Source: Candidatus Peribacteria bacterium
GTDB lineage: Bacteria; Patescibacteriota; Gracilibacteria; Peribacterales; Peribacteraceae
Length of the DNA stretch: 64,000 nucleotides
Direction of reading: 5' to 3'
Assembly (NCBI GenBank): GCA_041691135.1
Contig: JBEPVF010000003.1
Location: 1-64,000 of the forward strand
Shown: positions 55,863 through 64,000 of the stretch, in pieces
Layout of the letters: every line of letters starts with the position of its first letter
How positions within the stretch are numbered: the first letter of the stretch is position 1
Translations under genes and position numbers: made by a program
The notes under the pieces: model-generated
Databases searched by the model: none
Told to the model about the DNA's origin: nothing
Seen by the model: only the letters and a program-made list of their open reading frames with translations

Positions 55863-57068
55863 TTATTTCACGAACGTTTCCAGTGCGGGCGTCGTTTCTT
55901 TGGTGATCTGAAATGGGAGGGTGATGATGAAGGTCGTCCCTTTGTTCTCTTCGGATCGGAAGGTGATGGTGCCGCGCAGCAGCTCGATCAGATTTTTGAC
56001 CAGGTATAATCCCAAGCCGTTGCCCGTGTTTTCGATGTAGCGGACATTGTCGCCGCGGAAGAATTTACTGAACACTTTGTCCTGTTGGCGCGCGAGAATT
56101 CCGTAGCCGGTGTCCTGCACTTCGATCAACACCTGATCATCTTTGCGTGTTGCCCGTAACGTCATCGTGCCTTTGGCGGGCGTGTACTTCACCGAGTTGT
56201 TGAGCAGGTTGGAAAGGACTTCCTTCAGCAGGGCCGGATCGGTGGAAAGGGTCATAGTAGCCGGACAGTCGATGGTGATCTGCTGCTCTTTCTTCAGATA
56301 CTCCGGCAGCTGTTCGCTGCGCACTGTTTCGAACAGCGTCACTAGCTCCACTTGGGTGAAATTCGGCTGCGTCTTGCCCACTTCCAAGTTCGACAGTTGC
56401 ATCAGTGTATCGATCGTTTCGGCCATCCGTTTGCTGCTGCGATGCGTGCTGCCGATGAGCGTACTGATCTGGTCCGGAGGCAATTTGCGCAGGTCGATGT
56501 CCTGCAGGATTTCCAGATTCCAGATGATGGACGTGAGCGGCGTACGCAGCTGGTGCGAAACCAGTGACACGAATTCCGATTTGGACGTGTCGGAGATCTT
56601 GCGGGCGGTGATGTCCTGCTGCAGAGCGACGAAATGCCGTGCCGTGCCGTTCTCATTAGCCGGGTAAAGATGCAGCGACACGTAATATTCTGTTCCGTCT
56701 TTGCGGTGATGGACCAAATCGTCCGATCCAAACTGCGTGTGATTGCGCAGCGCCTCGTCCAGCGCTTGTGATGTGCCGATACTGGTCTTGTTGCTGCGGA
56801 GCATCGACAAATCCTTTCCGATCGACTCCTGAGAAGTATAACCGGTGAGGGTTTGCCATGAAGGGTTCGTGTAAGTGATCATTCCTTTGTCGTCCAGGAT
56901 GGCGACGGCATCGGCAGATGATTCAGCAGCCTTCTGAAAAATGAGCGAATCGGCGATTTGGCGTTCGTAAGCGGCATCGATTTTTGCCAGCAAATCCTGC
57001 ACATCTTTGGGAAGTGATTCGAGTGTAATTCCTGCCAGCTTCAGTTGTTCGAGCAGCAGAGCGTGCAT
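55863..57068 (-). CDS. Cytoplasmic PAS-domain sensor histidine kinase
   Basis: PAS (N.SW..LTGY..E.IG, RKDG), SHQLRTPL, NLL.NS.KY, DTGYG, G.GLGL. Confidence 0.93.
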   Translation of the reverse strand: MHALLLEQLKLAGITLESLPKDVQDLLAKIDAAYERQIADSLIFQKAAESSADAVAILDDKGMITYTNPSWQTLTGYTSQESIGKDLSMLRSNKTSIGTSQALDEALRNHTQFGSDDLVHHRKDGTEYYVSLHLYPANENGTARHFVALQQDITARKISDTSKSEFVSLVSHQLRTPLTSIIWNLEILQDIDLRKLPPDQISTLIGSTHRSSKRMAETIDTLMQLSNLEVGKTQPNFTQVELVTLFETVRSEQLPEYLKKEQQITIDCPATMTLSTDPALLKEVLSNLLNNSVKYTPAKGTMTLRATRKDDQVLIEVQDTGYGILARQQDKVFSKFFRGDNVRYIENTGNGLGLYLVKNLIELLRGTITFRSEENKGTTFIITLPFQITKETTPALETFVK

Positions 57069-57241
57069 GGGTGTTGGTATTACCTTATATTATAGCATAT
57101 TGGCGGATAAATGGCTATATGACGAGATGACCGGATTGAACAAGGTGACAGGCGTGACCGACGAGAAGGATTTGAGGGCTTGTTCAGTCTTCTGACTTCT
57201 GCGGTCGGCCTAAATTCAGCTGTGACCCGCACTGATTTTTT

Positions 57242-57250
57242 TGCTATACT
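57242..57250 (+). promoter_or_regulatory. Extended -10 promoter directly before the start codon (probably leaderless)
   Basis: TGcTATACT-N6-ATG at 57257. Confidence 0.65.
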
Positions 57251-57256
57251 ATCTGC

Positions 57257-57649
57257 ATGTCACAACCCGCACCGTTACGGAAAATGTTGATCGTGGAGGA
57301 TGAAAAGATGCTGGCCAAAGCTATGGATTTGCATTTTCAGAAACATGGATTTCAGACCACCGTCTGTTACGACGGACAGTGCGGCATTGATGCGCTCCAG
57401 CAACAGAAATTCGATTCCGTTCTGCTGGATCTGATTCTGCCCATCCGCGATGGGTACGCGGTGCTGGAAGAGCGCAAGAAAACGATCAACAAAGACGTGC
57501 CGGTCTTCGTGCTCACCAATCTGAGCCAGGAAGAAAGTTTGACCCGCGCCGAAGCGATGGGTGCCACCAAGTGCTTCATCAAGGCGAAGGTGTCGCTCAA
57601 CGAAGTGATCGACGAAATCGAAGCCATCACGAAAGAGATGAACAAGTAG
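57257..57649 (+). CDS. Single-domain response regulator (receiver)
   Basis: LIVEDE, LLDLILPIRDG, LTNL; paralog of 27329-27718. Confidence 0.9.
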   Translation: MSQPAPLRKMLIVEDEKMLAKAMDLHFQKHGFQTTVCYDGQCGIDALQQQKFDSVLLDLILPIRDGYAVLEERKKTINKDVPVFVLTNLSQEESLTRAEAMGATKCFIKAKVSLNEVIDEIEAITKEMNK

Positions 57650-57715
57650 ACTGATCGGTGAGTCCTTAGTGTCTTAGTCTGCGGTTCCGTCGGATTCATC
57701 GGAAACCTCATGGAA

Positions 57716-60058
57716 TTAAGCGCTCATTTTCGCGAAGGCGAAGAATGCTGCAGCGAACAGAAGTCCCATAAAGACCGGTGCCAGCTCGGAGACGATGTCG
57801 TTTCGGTGCGGTGTGAAACGGCGCAGCAACAGGGAGTTGGTGACGACCGAGACGGAACTCATGGCCATGGCCAGGCCGGCGAGCTCGGGGCGCAGAAGAA
57901 TGTCCCAGTGTACGAAGGCGCGGGCGGCGATGGGAATGCCGATGATGTTGTAGGCCAGAGCGAAGAACAGATTTTGACGGATCTTCGTCATCGCTGCACG
58001 GCTGAGTGCGAGCGCGGTTGCCACATCCCGCAGGTCGCTGCGGACAAGCACGATGTCGCCGGTATCCATAGCGATATCGGTGCCACTGCCCATGGCGATA
58101 CCCAGGTTTGCTTTGGCCAGAGCAGGACTGTCGTTGATGCCGTCACCCACCATCGCCACGATGCGTCCGTTCTTTTGCAATTCTCGTATTTTTGCCGCCT
58201 TCTGTTCGGGTAACACGTCCGCCAATACGGTGACAATGCCCACTTGTTTGGCGATTGCCTGTGCCGTGCGAAAGTTATCGCCGGTGATCATGTACGGTGT
58301 CAGACCCATGCGCTTCAGTTCGGTCACCGCTTCTTTCGATGTCTCTTTAAGAGTGTCCATGGCAGCGACGATTCCGATCACATGCGTTTCGTCGGCGACG
58401 ATCATCGCGGTCTTCCCCGTGTCCTCCAGAAAAAAGAGTTTCTGTTCGACACTTGCATCTACAGAGATGTTACGATGTGCCATCATCGTGCGATTCCCAA
58501 GCAGATATTGTTTGCCATTGATTGTCCCTTCAATCCCTTGGCCGGCTACGGCAAGGAAGTCCTCCACTGGCGCAAGTTCCAGATTGGTCGCGGCAGCGTG
58601 GCGCACGATACTGGCAGCGAGCGGGTGTTCCGATGGCCGTTCCAGACTCGCCGCGATATGCATGATGGCCAATGGATTCATCATCGGATCAAGGACGACT
58701 ACATCCGTCACCTCCGGTTTGCCATGGGTGAGGGTGCCTGTCTTATCGAACACGATGGTGTCGACGTTCTCGGCTGCCTGTAGGGGCTGTCCGCCGCGAA
58801 TCAGGATGCCAAGTTCCGCACCGCGTCCGGTCGCAACCATGATGGCGGTGGGGGTGGCCAAGCCCAGTGCACAGGGGCAGGCGATCACGATTACCGAGAC
58901 GAATGCGAGCAGCGAAAAAGTAAGATCTGCGCCCAGCAGCAGCCATATAACCAAAGTGAGCACTGCGCTTCCGATCACCAGTGGAACGAACCAGCTGGCC
59001 ACCCGGTCGGCGAAGTCCTGCAGCGGCGCCCGCGAACTCTGGGCTTCCTCCACGAATCGCACAATGCGTGCCAGCGCGGATTCACTTCCCAGTCGTTCGG
59101 CTCGCAATTCGAGCGCGCCATTGCCATTCATGGTGGCGCCGTACACGCGGTCGCCATTCTTTTTTTCCACCGGCATGCTCTCGCCGGTCAGCATCGATTC
59201 ATCCACCGACGAAGAGCCGCCTATCACGATGCCGTCGACCGCAATCTTTTCGCCGGGTCGTACGTGCACGGTGTCACCGACCATAACCTCTTCCATCGGA
59301 ATATCGATTGTCTGGCCGTTGCGGACCACCCGCGCCGTTTTGGGCTGCAGGGCAACGAGGCTCTGGATGGCCATGCTGGTGTGGCCTTTGGCACGCGCTT
59401 CCAGCCACTTGCCCAGCAAAACGAACGTAATCAGAAGCGCCGATACTTCGAAGTACAGATCATGCATGGGCACCAGGATTGTCCGTTCCATAAGGGCATG
59501 TCGCAGCAGGTTGATCACGCTGAACACGTACGCTGTAGTGGTGCCGATAGCGACGAGGCTGTCCATGGTGAAGGTTCGCATCCGCAGTGCCGACCAGGCA
59601 CCGCGATAGAATCCGCGTGCCAGATAAAATTGCACCGGCGTCGCCAGCAGGAACGACACAATGCCCATCCAATTTTCCACGGCACTCAGCAGAGGAGAAG
59701 GCAGAGCTGAAACCGGCAGGAGCGAGAGCACCATAAAGAACACCAGCGGCGTACTCATCACGGCGCTGAGCGTAAAAGTGTTGCGATAGGCGCGTACTTC
59801 CGCCTGTCGCCGCTTCTGTTCGCCGTCACGGTCTGTATCGTCGGCAATAATTCCGTCGTAGCCAGCTTTGCGGATGGCCGCGATCAGATCCGGTGGCGTT
59901 GCTTGCCGATCGTCAAAACGAATGTGAGCCCGGCTGGTCGCATAATTTACCGTCGCTTCCTGCACGCCCGGTGTTTCGTTTAATTTGCGCGTAATGAGGG
60001 CCGCACAGTTGGCGCAGTGCATGCCGGTAATGGATACGATAGTGCGTACGGGAGGCAT
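57716..60058 (-). CDS. copA: Cu(+)-type P1B ATPase
   Basis: [49 protein letters not shown]. Confidence 0.93.
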   Translation of the reverse strand: MPPVRTIVSITGMHCANCAALITRKLNETPGVQEATVNYATSRAHIRFDDRQATPPDLIAAIRKAGYDGIIADDTDRDGEQKRRQAEVRAYRNTFTLSAVMSTPLVFFMVLSLLPVSALPSPLLSAVENWMGIVSFLLATPVQFYLARGFYRGAWSALRMRTFTMDSLVAIGTTTAYVFSVINLLRHALMERTILVPMHDLYFEVSALLITFVLLGKWLEARAKGHTSMAIQSLVALQPKTARVVRNGQTIDIPMEEVMVGDTVHVRPGEKIAVDGIVIGGSSSVDESMLTGESMPVEKKNGDRVYGATMNGNGALELRAERLGSESALARIVRFVEEAQSSRAPLQDFADRVASWFVPLVIGSAVLTLVIWLLLGADLTFSLLAFVSVIVIACPCALGLATPTAIMVATGRGAELGILIRGGQPLQAAENVDTIVFDKTGTLTHGKPEVTDVVVLDPMMNPLAIMHIAASLERPSEHPLAASIVRHAAATNLELAPVEDFLAVAGQGIEGTINGKQYLLGNRTMMAHRNISVDASVEQKLFFLEDTGKTAMIVADETHVIGIVAAMDTLKETSKEAVTELKRMGLTPYMITGDNFRTAQAIAKQVGIVTVLADVLPEQKAAKIRELQKNGRIVAMVGDGINDSPALAKANLGIAMGSGTDIAMDTGDIVLVRSDLRDVATALALSRAAMTKIRQNLFFALAYNIIGIPIAARAFVHWDILLRPELAGLAMAMSSVSVVTNSLLLRRFTPHRNDIVSELAPVFMGLLFAAAFFAFAKMSA

Positions 60059-60155
60059 CAGAGTTGCATCATAGGATACTCATCTCGGAATCGCGATGGT
60101 TCGTTTGATCGGTGAAAAAACGGTCAATAATTCATGCGAAGCCAATGACTACGAC

Positions 60156-60620
60156 TTACTCTTGGCCGGTGTACTTCAAGGCAGGCAGACCCTGATACGT
60201 CGTGGGCACCGCATTCAGCGTTACAGATTGTCCGGACGTCAGTGTCTGTATCACTGTATCCGGCACATCGACCACCAGCGATTCATCGGCATGCAATGTA
60301 GCTGCTCGATGGACCGGATCGAGCGCACGGTTTGTTTCTACCGTGGCCGACAGCACCACGTAGCCGGAATCGGCGGGACAAGGTGCAGGGGCGGGAGTCG
60401 GTTTTGAGGTATGGAACATGCAGGATGTTGTTTTGAAAATCACGTACCCGGAAACGGGCCACGAGATGGCGCTCAACGTATTGCCCGCCGATGACGGAGA
60501 TACTGCCGAGTTATCCGAAGAAGAATCGGCTTTCGTCGAATCAGACGACATGGCGGGGGATTGGCATGCCGCAAGGACGAGACAGGCAATCATCGCCAGC
60601 GTTGCGTGTATTGGTTTCAT
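60156..60620 (-). CDS. Lipoprotein, hypothetical
   Basis: Lipobox LAAC followed by Ser-rich linker. Confidence 0.7.
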   Translation of the reverse strand: MKPIHATLAMIACLVLAACQSPAMSSDSTKADSSSDNSAVSPSSAGNTLSAISWPVSGYVIFKTTSCMFHTSKPTPAPAPCPADSGYVVLSATVETNRALDPVHRAATLHADESLVVDVPDTVIQTLTSGQSVTLNAVPTTYQGLPALKYTGQE

Positions 60621-60886
60621 CCTTCTGATTGTACGTGACACTGAAAGAAAAGATCAATTTCGCGATCAAGTTCCGCTTGCCACAGTCGTCTTGTTTCTTC
60701 CTCCACGTGGATCGAATACTCATCATCTTTTTCAGACCAGCCGCGATCTTTAATTATTTCTGCTGCTTGTTCTCGAGCAGTTTGCCATCGTACGAGATCT
60801 GTTTCTATCGCGTGCTCGATCTGTTCGTCGGAGATGTCGGGGTACATCGGAAGTGGGGAAAGAATATCCACAGTATCGTTGTGCAT
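60617..60886 (-). CDS. Small acidic hypothetical protein
   Basis: 89-aa ORF whose stop overlaps the next start (ATGA). Confidence 0.5.
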   Translation of the reverse strand: MHNDTVDILSPLPMYPDISDEQIEHAIETDLVRWQTAREQAAEIIKDRGWSEKDDEYSIHVEEETRRLWQAELDREIDLFFQCHVQSEG

Positions 60887-61047
60887 TCGAAGATAAATCT
60901 ACGGATCCGCACCAGGATAAAATTGCGGCTAGACTTTTTTGTCTCAAAGCAGAGATAAAAAGCGTTCCATGGATACATAGAACAGCCGAAGAGTTTGTGT
61001 CGCTGTGAATGTTTACCAAAAGGCAAATCGGCACTATGATGCATTCT

Positions 61048-61644
61048 ATGAGAAAAGTTATCGTCCTATCGTTCATCACGCTCGACGGCGTCATGCAGGC
61101 ACCCGGCGGTCCAGAAGAGGATACCTCCGGCGGCTTTGCGTACGGTGGATGGACGGTGCCCTACATGGACGAAGCTTCCGGCGACATCATGCAAGAGCAG
61201 ATGAAGCTTCCTTTTGCCTTGCTGCTTGGCAGAAAGACCTATGACATCTGGGCGGCGTACTGGCCGCAACATGCAGAGTTCTGGCCCGGCATCAATGACG
61301 TCAAAAAGTACGTCGCATCACATACCCCCAAGGTATTGGAGTGGAGTCATTCGATTCTTTTGAAAGACGATGTTGTGGAAGAAGTACGAAAACTTAAAGC
61401 TGAGGATGGTCCTAACCTTCATGTGTACGGCAGCGGCAACTTCTTGCAAACACTTTTCAAGCATGATCTCGTGGATGAGCTCTGGCTCAAGATATTCCCC
61501 ATTACGCTCGGTAGGGGAAAGCGCCTCTTCGCCGAAGGGACGATTCCGGCTGCTTTCAAAATGTCCACTAGCAACGTATTAAAGACGGGTGTCATTTTCG
61601 CCAATTACGAGCGTGCAGGCGACGTGAAGACGGGATCGTTTTGA
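61048..61644 (+). CDS. Dihydrofolate reductase/RibD C-terminal family protein
   Basis: FITLDGVMQAPGG, LLGRKTY, GSG, LVDE, P..LG.GKRLF. Confidence 0.9.
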   Translation: MRKVIVLSFITLDGVMQAPGGPEEDTSGGFAYGGWTVPYMDEASGDIMQEQMKLPFALLLGRKTYDIWAAYWPQHAEFWPGINDVKKYVASHTPKVLEWSHSILLKDDVVEEVRKLKAEDGPNLHVYGSGNFLQTLFKHDLVDELWLKIFPITLGRGKRLFAEGTIPAAFKMSTSNVLKTGVIFANYERAGDVKTGSF

Positions 61645-61678
61645 AGTAAGATTAGTGGATAGTTGTCATTCCAATCCT

Positions 61679-62350
61679 CTACTTCAGAGTGAAAAATGAG
61701 TCGCCCGTATCGCTTGCAATGAGCTGAGTTATAAACGGTTTAGAATAATCTGATTGGGTTCCGCTCGTGTCAGGCGACAGGATTTTTTCGCCGTCAAATT
61801 TATCATACCCATCGGTTAAAATATCCACAGGACCTTCGAGACCATTACTTGGCCTCTTGTCGCGTATCAAGAAAAGCACTTTATAGTGTCCGCCAGGAGG
61901 CGCTTGCACAGATGTATCAAGCCCGCCCCAATGCTGAAGTTTTTCGGGGTGCCAGACAAAATATGTTGCCGAAAGGTCAGTAACTCCCGTTATATAACCT
62001 TCAATTAAGCCATCGGGTTTGAGTAAGTATAGTTCTTCAAGTGTGTCTTTTGTTATTTTCTTCTTAAGCGTTTCGCTGAGTGTAAAACGAATAGTAATGT
62101 CAGATGTCATGCTAAAGTTTTCTTCGTCGTTTGGGTACAAGATAGAAATATCAGGAGAATGCATGGTGGGCTGAATTGTTATTGATGCCTGTGTACCTGA
62201 TTGCATTGCCTCAGTGCTTGCAGAAAACGAAGAGATGGAAGAACTAGAGACAGCATCCTGTGTAACGAACACTGATTGCTGTTTTTGACAGCTGATGAGC
62301 AGTAAAAGCGGCACAATGAGCAAAAATCTTTTCAAGCGAGAGTGAGTCAT
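61679..62350 (-). CDS. Lipoprotein, hypothetical (possible Ig-like domain)
   Basis: Lipobox LISC, Ser-rich linker, ISILYPN..E. Confidence 0.65.
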   Translation of the reverse strand: MTHSRLKRFLLIVPLLLLISCQKQQSVFVTQDAVSSSSISSFSASTEAMQSGTQASITIQPTMHSPDISILYPNDEENFSMTSDITIRFTLSETLKKKITKDTLEELYLLKPDGLIEGYITGVTDLSATYFVWHPEKLQHWGGLDTSVQAPPGGHYKVLFLIRDKRPSNGLEGPVDILTDGYDKFDGEKILSPDTSGTQSDYSKPFITQLIASDTGDSFFTLK

Positions 62351-62390
62351 AAATAAAGTCGGGGAACTATGACAACCGTGATGTGTGGTT

Positions 62391-63584
62391 CTAGGCGTGT
62401 ATATCCATGAGTATGGCGTTACTTTTGTTCGGGAGAAGCGCAAAGAAGATGATAGAGACAAGAGCGCATAGTGCGGCGAAGAGAAATGTGGCTGAAGAGC
62501 CGATGCTCGACCACAATAATCCGCCAATCAATGATGCAAAAAATGTGGCTATGCCCATAAGCATTTGCATCGTTCCGTAAGCTCCTGCGGCTTTTTCTTT
62601 AGCAATAAAGTCACTTGCGAGCGCTTTGGATATGCCATCGGTGAGTGCTATGTATCCTCCGTAGATTGCAAAAAGTGGCCAGATTGCCAATGAATTGGTC
62701 GTAAAAGCAAAGCCAAGATACACGAGTATGTAGATCATAATCCCAAGAAGCATCACCTTTTTGGCACCCAAACGGTCACTCACTTGTCCTGCGGGGACAG
62801 AAAGCAAAGAGTAGACGGCGTTATAGACGACGTAGGCAAGTGTTACGGTAATGAGGCTCATTCCAAGATTCTTTGCCTTAAGAATGAGAAACGCATCGGA
62901 GCTGTTTCCTAGAGAAAAGATAAAAAGACCGGCGAGCAGGAACTGAAATTTTCCTGTAAAGCCATCAAAGGAGAAGTTGAAGACGGTTGTGGATGCTTGG
63001 GGCACGCGATGTTTTTCTTTTATCAAGAGAAAAAGGAAAATGCTTCCCAAAGCGGGAATGGCCGCAATCCAGAGGACAAACCGAATGTCGTAACCGGAAT
63101 GTAATAAAAGAACGGCAATGAGTGGGCCAAATACTGCTCCTGCTGAGTCCATGGCACGATGAAGACCAAAAACCAGACCACGATTGTTCTCGTTGGAGGC
63201 ATCAAGCAACATAGCGTCTCGTGCGCCTGTTCTCAGTCCCTTTCCAAAACGGTCTACCGTTCTTCCCAATAAGACAAGTGGCCATGTTCCACTAAGCGCA
63301 ATGATGATTTTGCTTATTGCTGAACTTGAATACCCGGCAACAACGAATGATTTTCTTATGCCGAGCTTGTCCGAAAGACGCCCAAAGATGCCCTTAAAAA
63401 TCGATGCCGATCCTTCGGCAATTCCTTCAATCAATCCAACGATTGCCACGGGCGCACCAAGAATTTGCGTGAGGAAAATCGGTAAAATGGGGTAGAGCAT
63501 TTCAGAGGCAATATCGTTGAAGAAGCTTACAAAACCCAAGAGCCAAACCTGACGAGGAATCTTATTTTGAAGAATAGTTTCCAT
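62391..63584 (-). CDS. MFS transporter
   Basis: Multi-TM; GRLSDKLG.RK, DRFGKGLR..ARDA, GQVSDRLG. Confidence 0.93.
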   Translation of the reverse strand: METILQNKIPRQVWLLGFVSFFNDIASEMLYPILPIFLTQILGAPVAIVGLIEGIAEGSASIFKGIFGRLSDKLGIRKSFVVAGYSSSAISKIIIALSGTWPLVLLGRTVDRFGKGLRTGARDAMLLDASNENNRGLVFGLHRAMDSAGAVFGPLIAVLLLHSGYDIRFVLWIAAIPALGSIFLFLLIKEKHRVPQASTTVFNFSFDGFTGKFQFLLAGLFIFSLGNSSDAFLILKAKNLGMSLITVTLAYVVYNAVYSLLSVPAGQVSDRLGAKKVMLLGIMIYILVYLGFAFTTNSLAIWPLFAIYGGYIALTDGISKALASDFIAKEKAAGAYGTMQMLMGIATFFASLIGGLLWSSIGSSATFLFAALCALVSIIFFALLPNKSNAILMDIHA

Positions 63585-63657
63585 AGAAAGATGTTAGCAG
63601 TGATTGGTCTGCTTCATCATTTCTTTTTCGTCCACTAAGAGCTGACATGCAAAAATC

Positions 63658-64000
63658 TTATTCAGACTTTGTGAGCCTAGTCATATTCTGATGTGCTTCT
63701 GTAATGGAAGCATTAAGAGTCGTTGCAATTGGATCATCTGGCTTCAGACCCAATAGATATTTGAGGTATTGTATTTTAGCTGCATATATTTCGGCAGGAG
63801 CCTCTTCTTCTTCATTATCGAGTAGTATTCCTCCCAATCTTTGTATATTGCGGAGTGCTTCCTCTATCTTGAATAAGAGAGCGAAGCGAACTGCTGGATC
63901 TGTTGCTAAAGCGAGCTCTTGCTCAAAATATTCGAGACGAAGTTTCCACATCGCAACAGCAGGCTGTAAGCCGTCTGTTGTCGCATTGATTGTATTTATA
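63658..64000 (-). CDS. 3' part of a hypothetical protein (frame open to the window edge)
   Basis: No in-frame stop upstream of 63951; two tandem helical-hairpin segments. Confidence 0.6.
   Translation of the reverse strand, partial: INTINATTDGLQPAVAMWKLRLEYFEQELALATDPAVRFALLFKIEEALRNIQRLGGILLDNEEEEAPAEIYAAKIQYLKYLLGLKPDDPIATTLNASITEAHQNMTRLTKSE

Noticed and set aside
58053-59609. 518-aa plus-strand ORF
   Set aside because: Antisense shadow of the P1B ATPase

Overview
This is a chromosomal window of a CPR (Patescibacteria) bacterium. It is most consistent with Peribacteria/Peregrinibacteria, an inference from the gene content, the mevalonate pathway, the Cys-rich CPR protein family, the VirD4-like ATPase and the general lack of Shine-Dalgarno sites. 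Standard code 11 is used. Housekeeping genes include hrcA, glyA, dnaX, dcd, trpS, maf, pckA, uppS and idi, plus a GT4-GH57-GH15 alpha-glucan cluster and metal transporters. Two regions stand out. (1) A mevalonate cluster (42.1-50.7 kb) has neither phosphomevalonate kinase nor isopentenyl-phosphate kinase. Instead its DUF35 scaffold has lost its Zn ribbon and is fused to a guanylate-kinase-fold domain that appears to lack guanine-specificity residues, making it a candidate new enzyme for the missing phosphorylation step. (2) A tRNA-Val(CAC) locus (13.8-16.6 kb) carries a stand-alone GIY-YIG nuclease and three tRNA copies in which short segments are replaced by a TCCGCC-N2-3-GGCGGA hairpin. It also has two 148-bp repeats ending in the tRNA 3' end that separate AT-rich single-gene cassettes. 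The window further shows apparently leaderless promoters (TAnnnT-N6-ATG) and families of 7-mer and 9-mer periodic tracts, two of them inside coding sequences. All calls are from reading the sequence; no searches were run.
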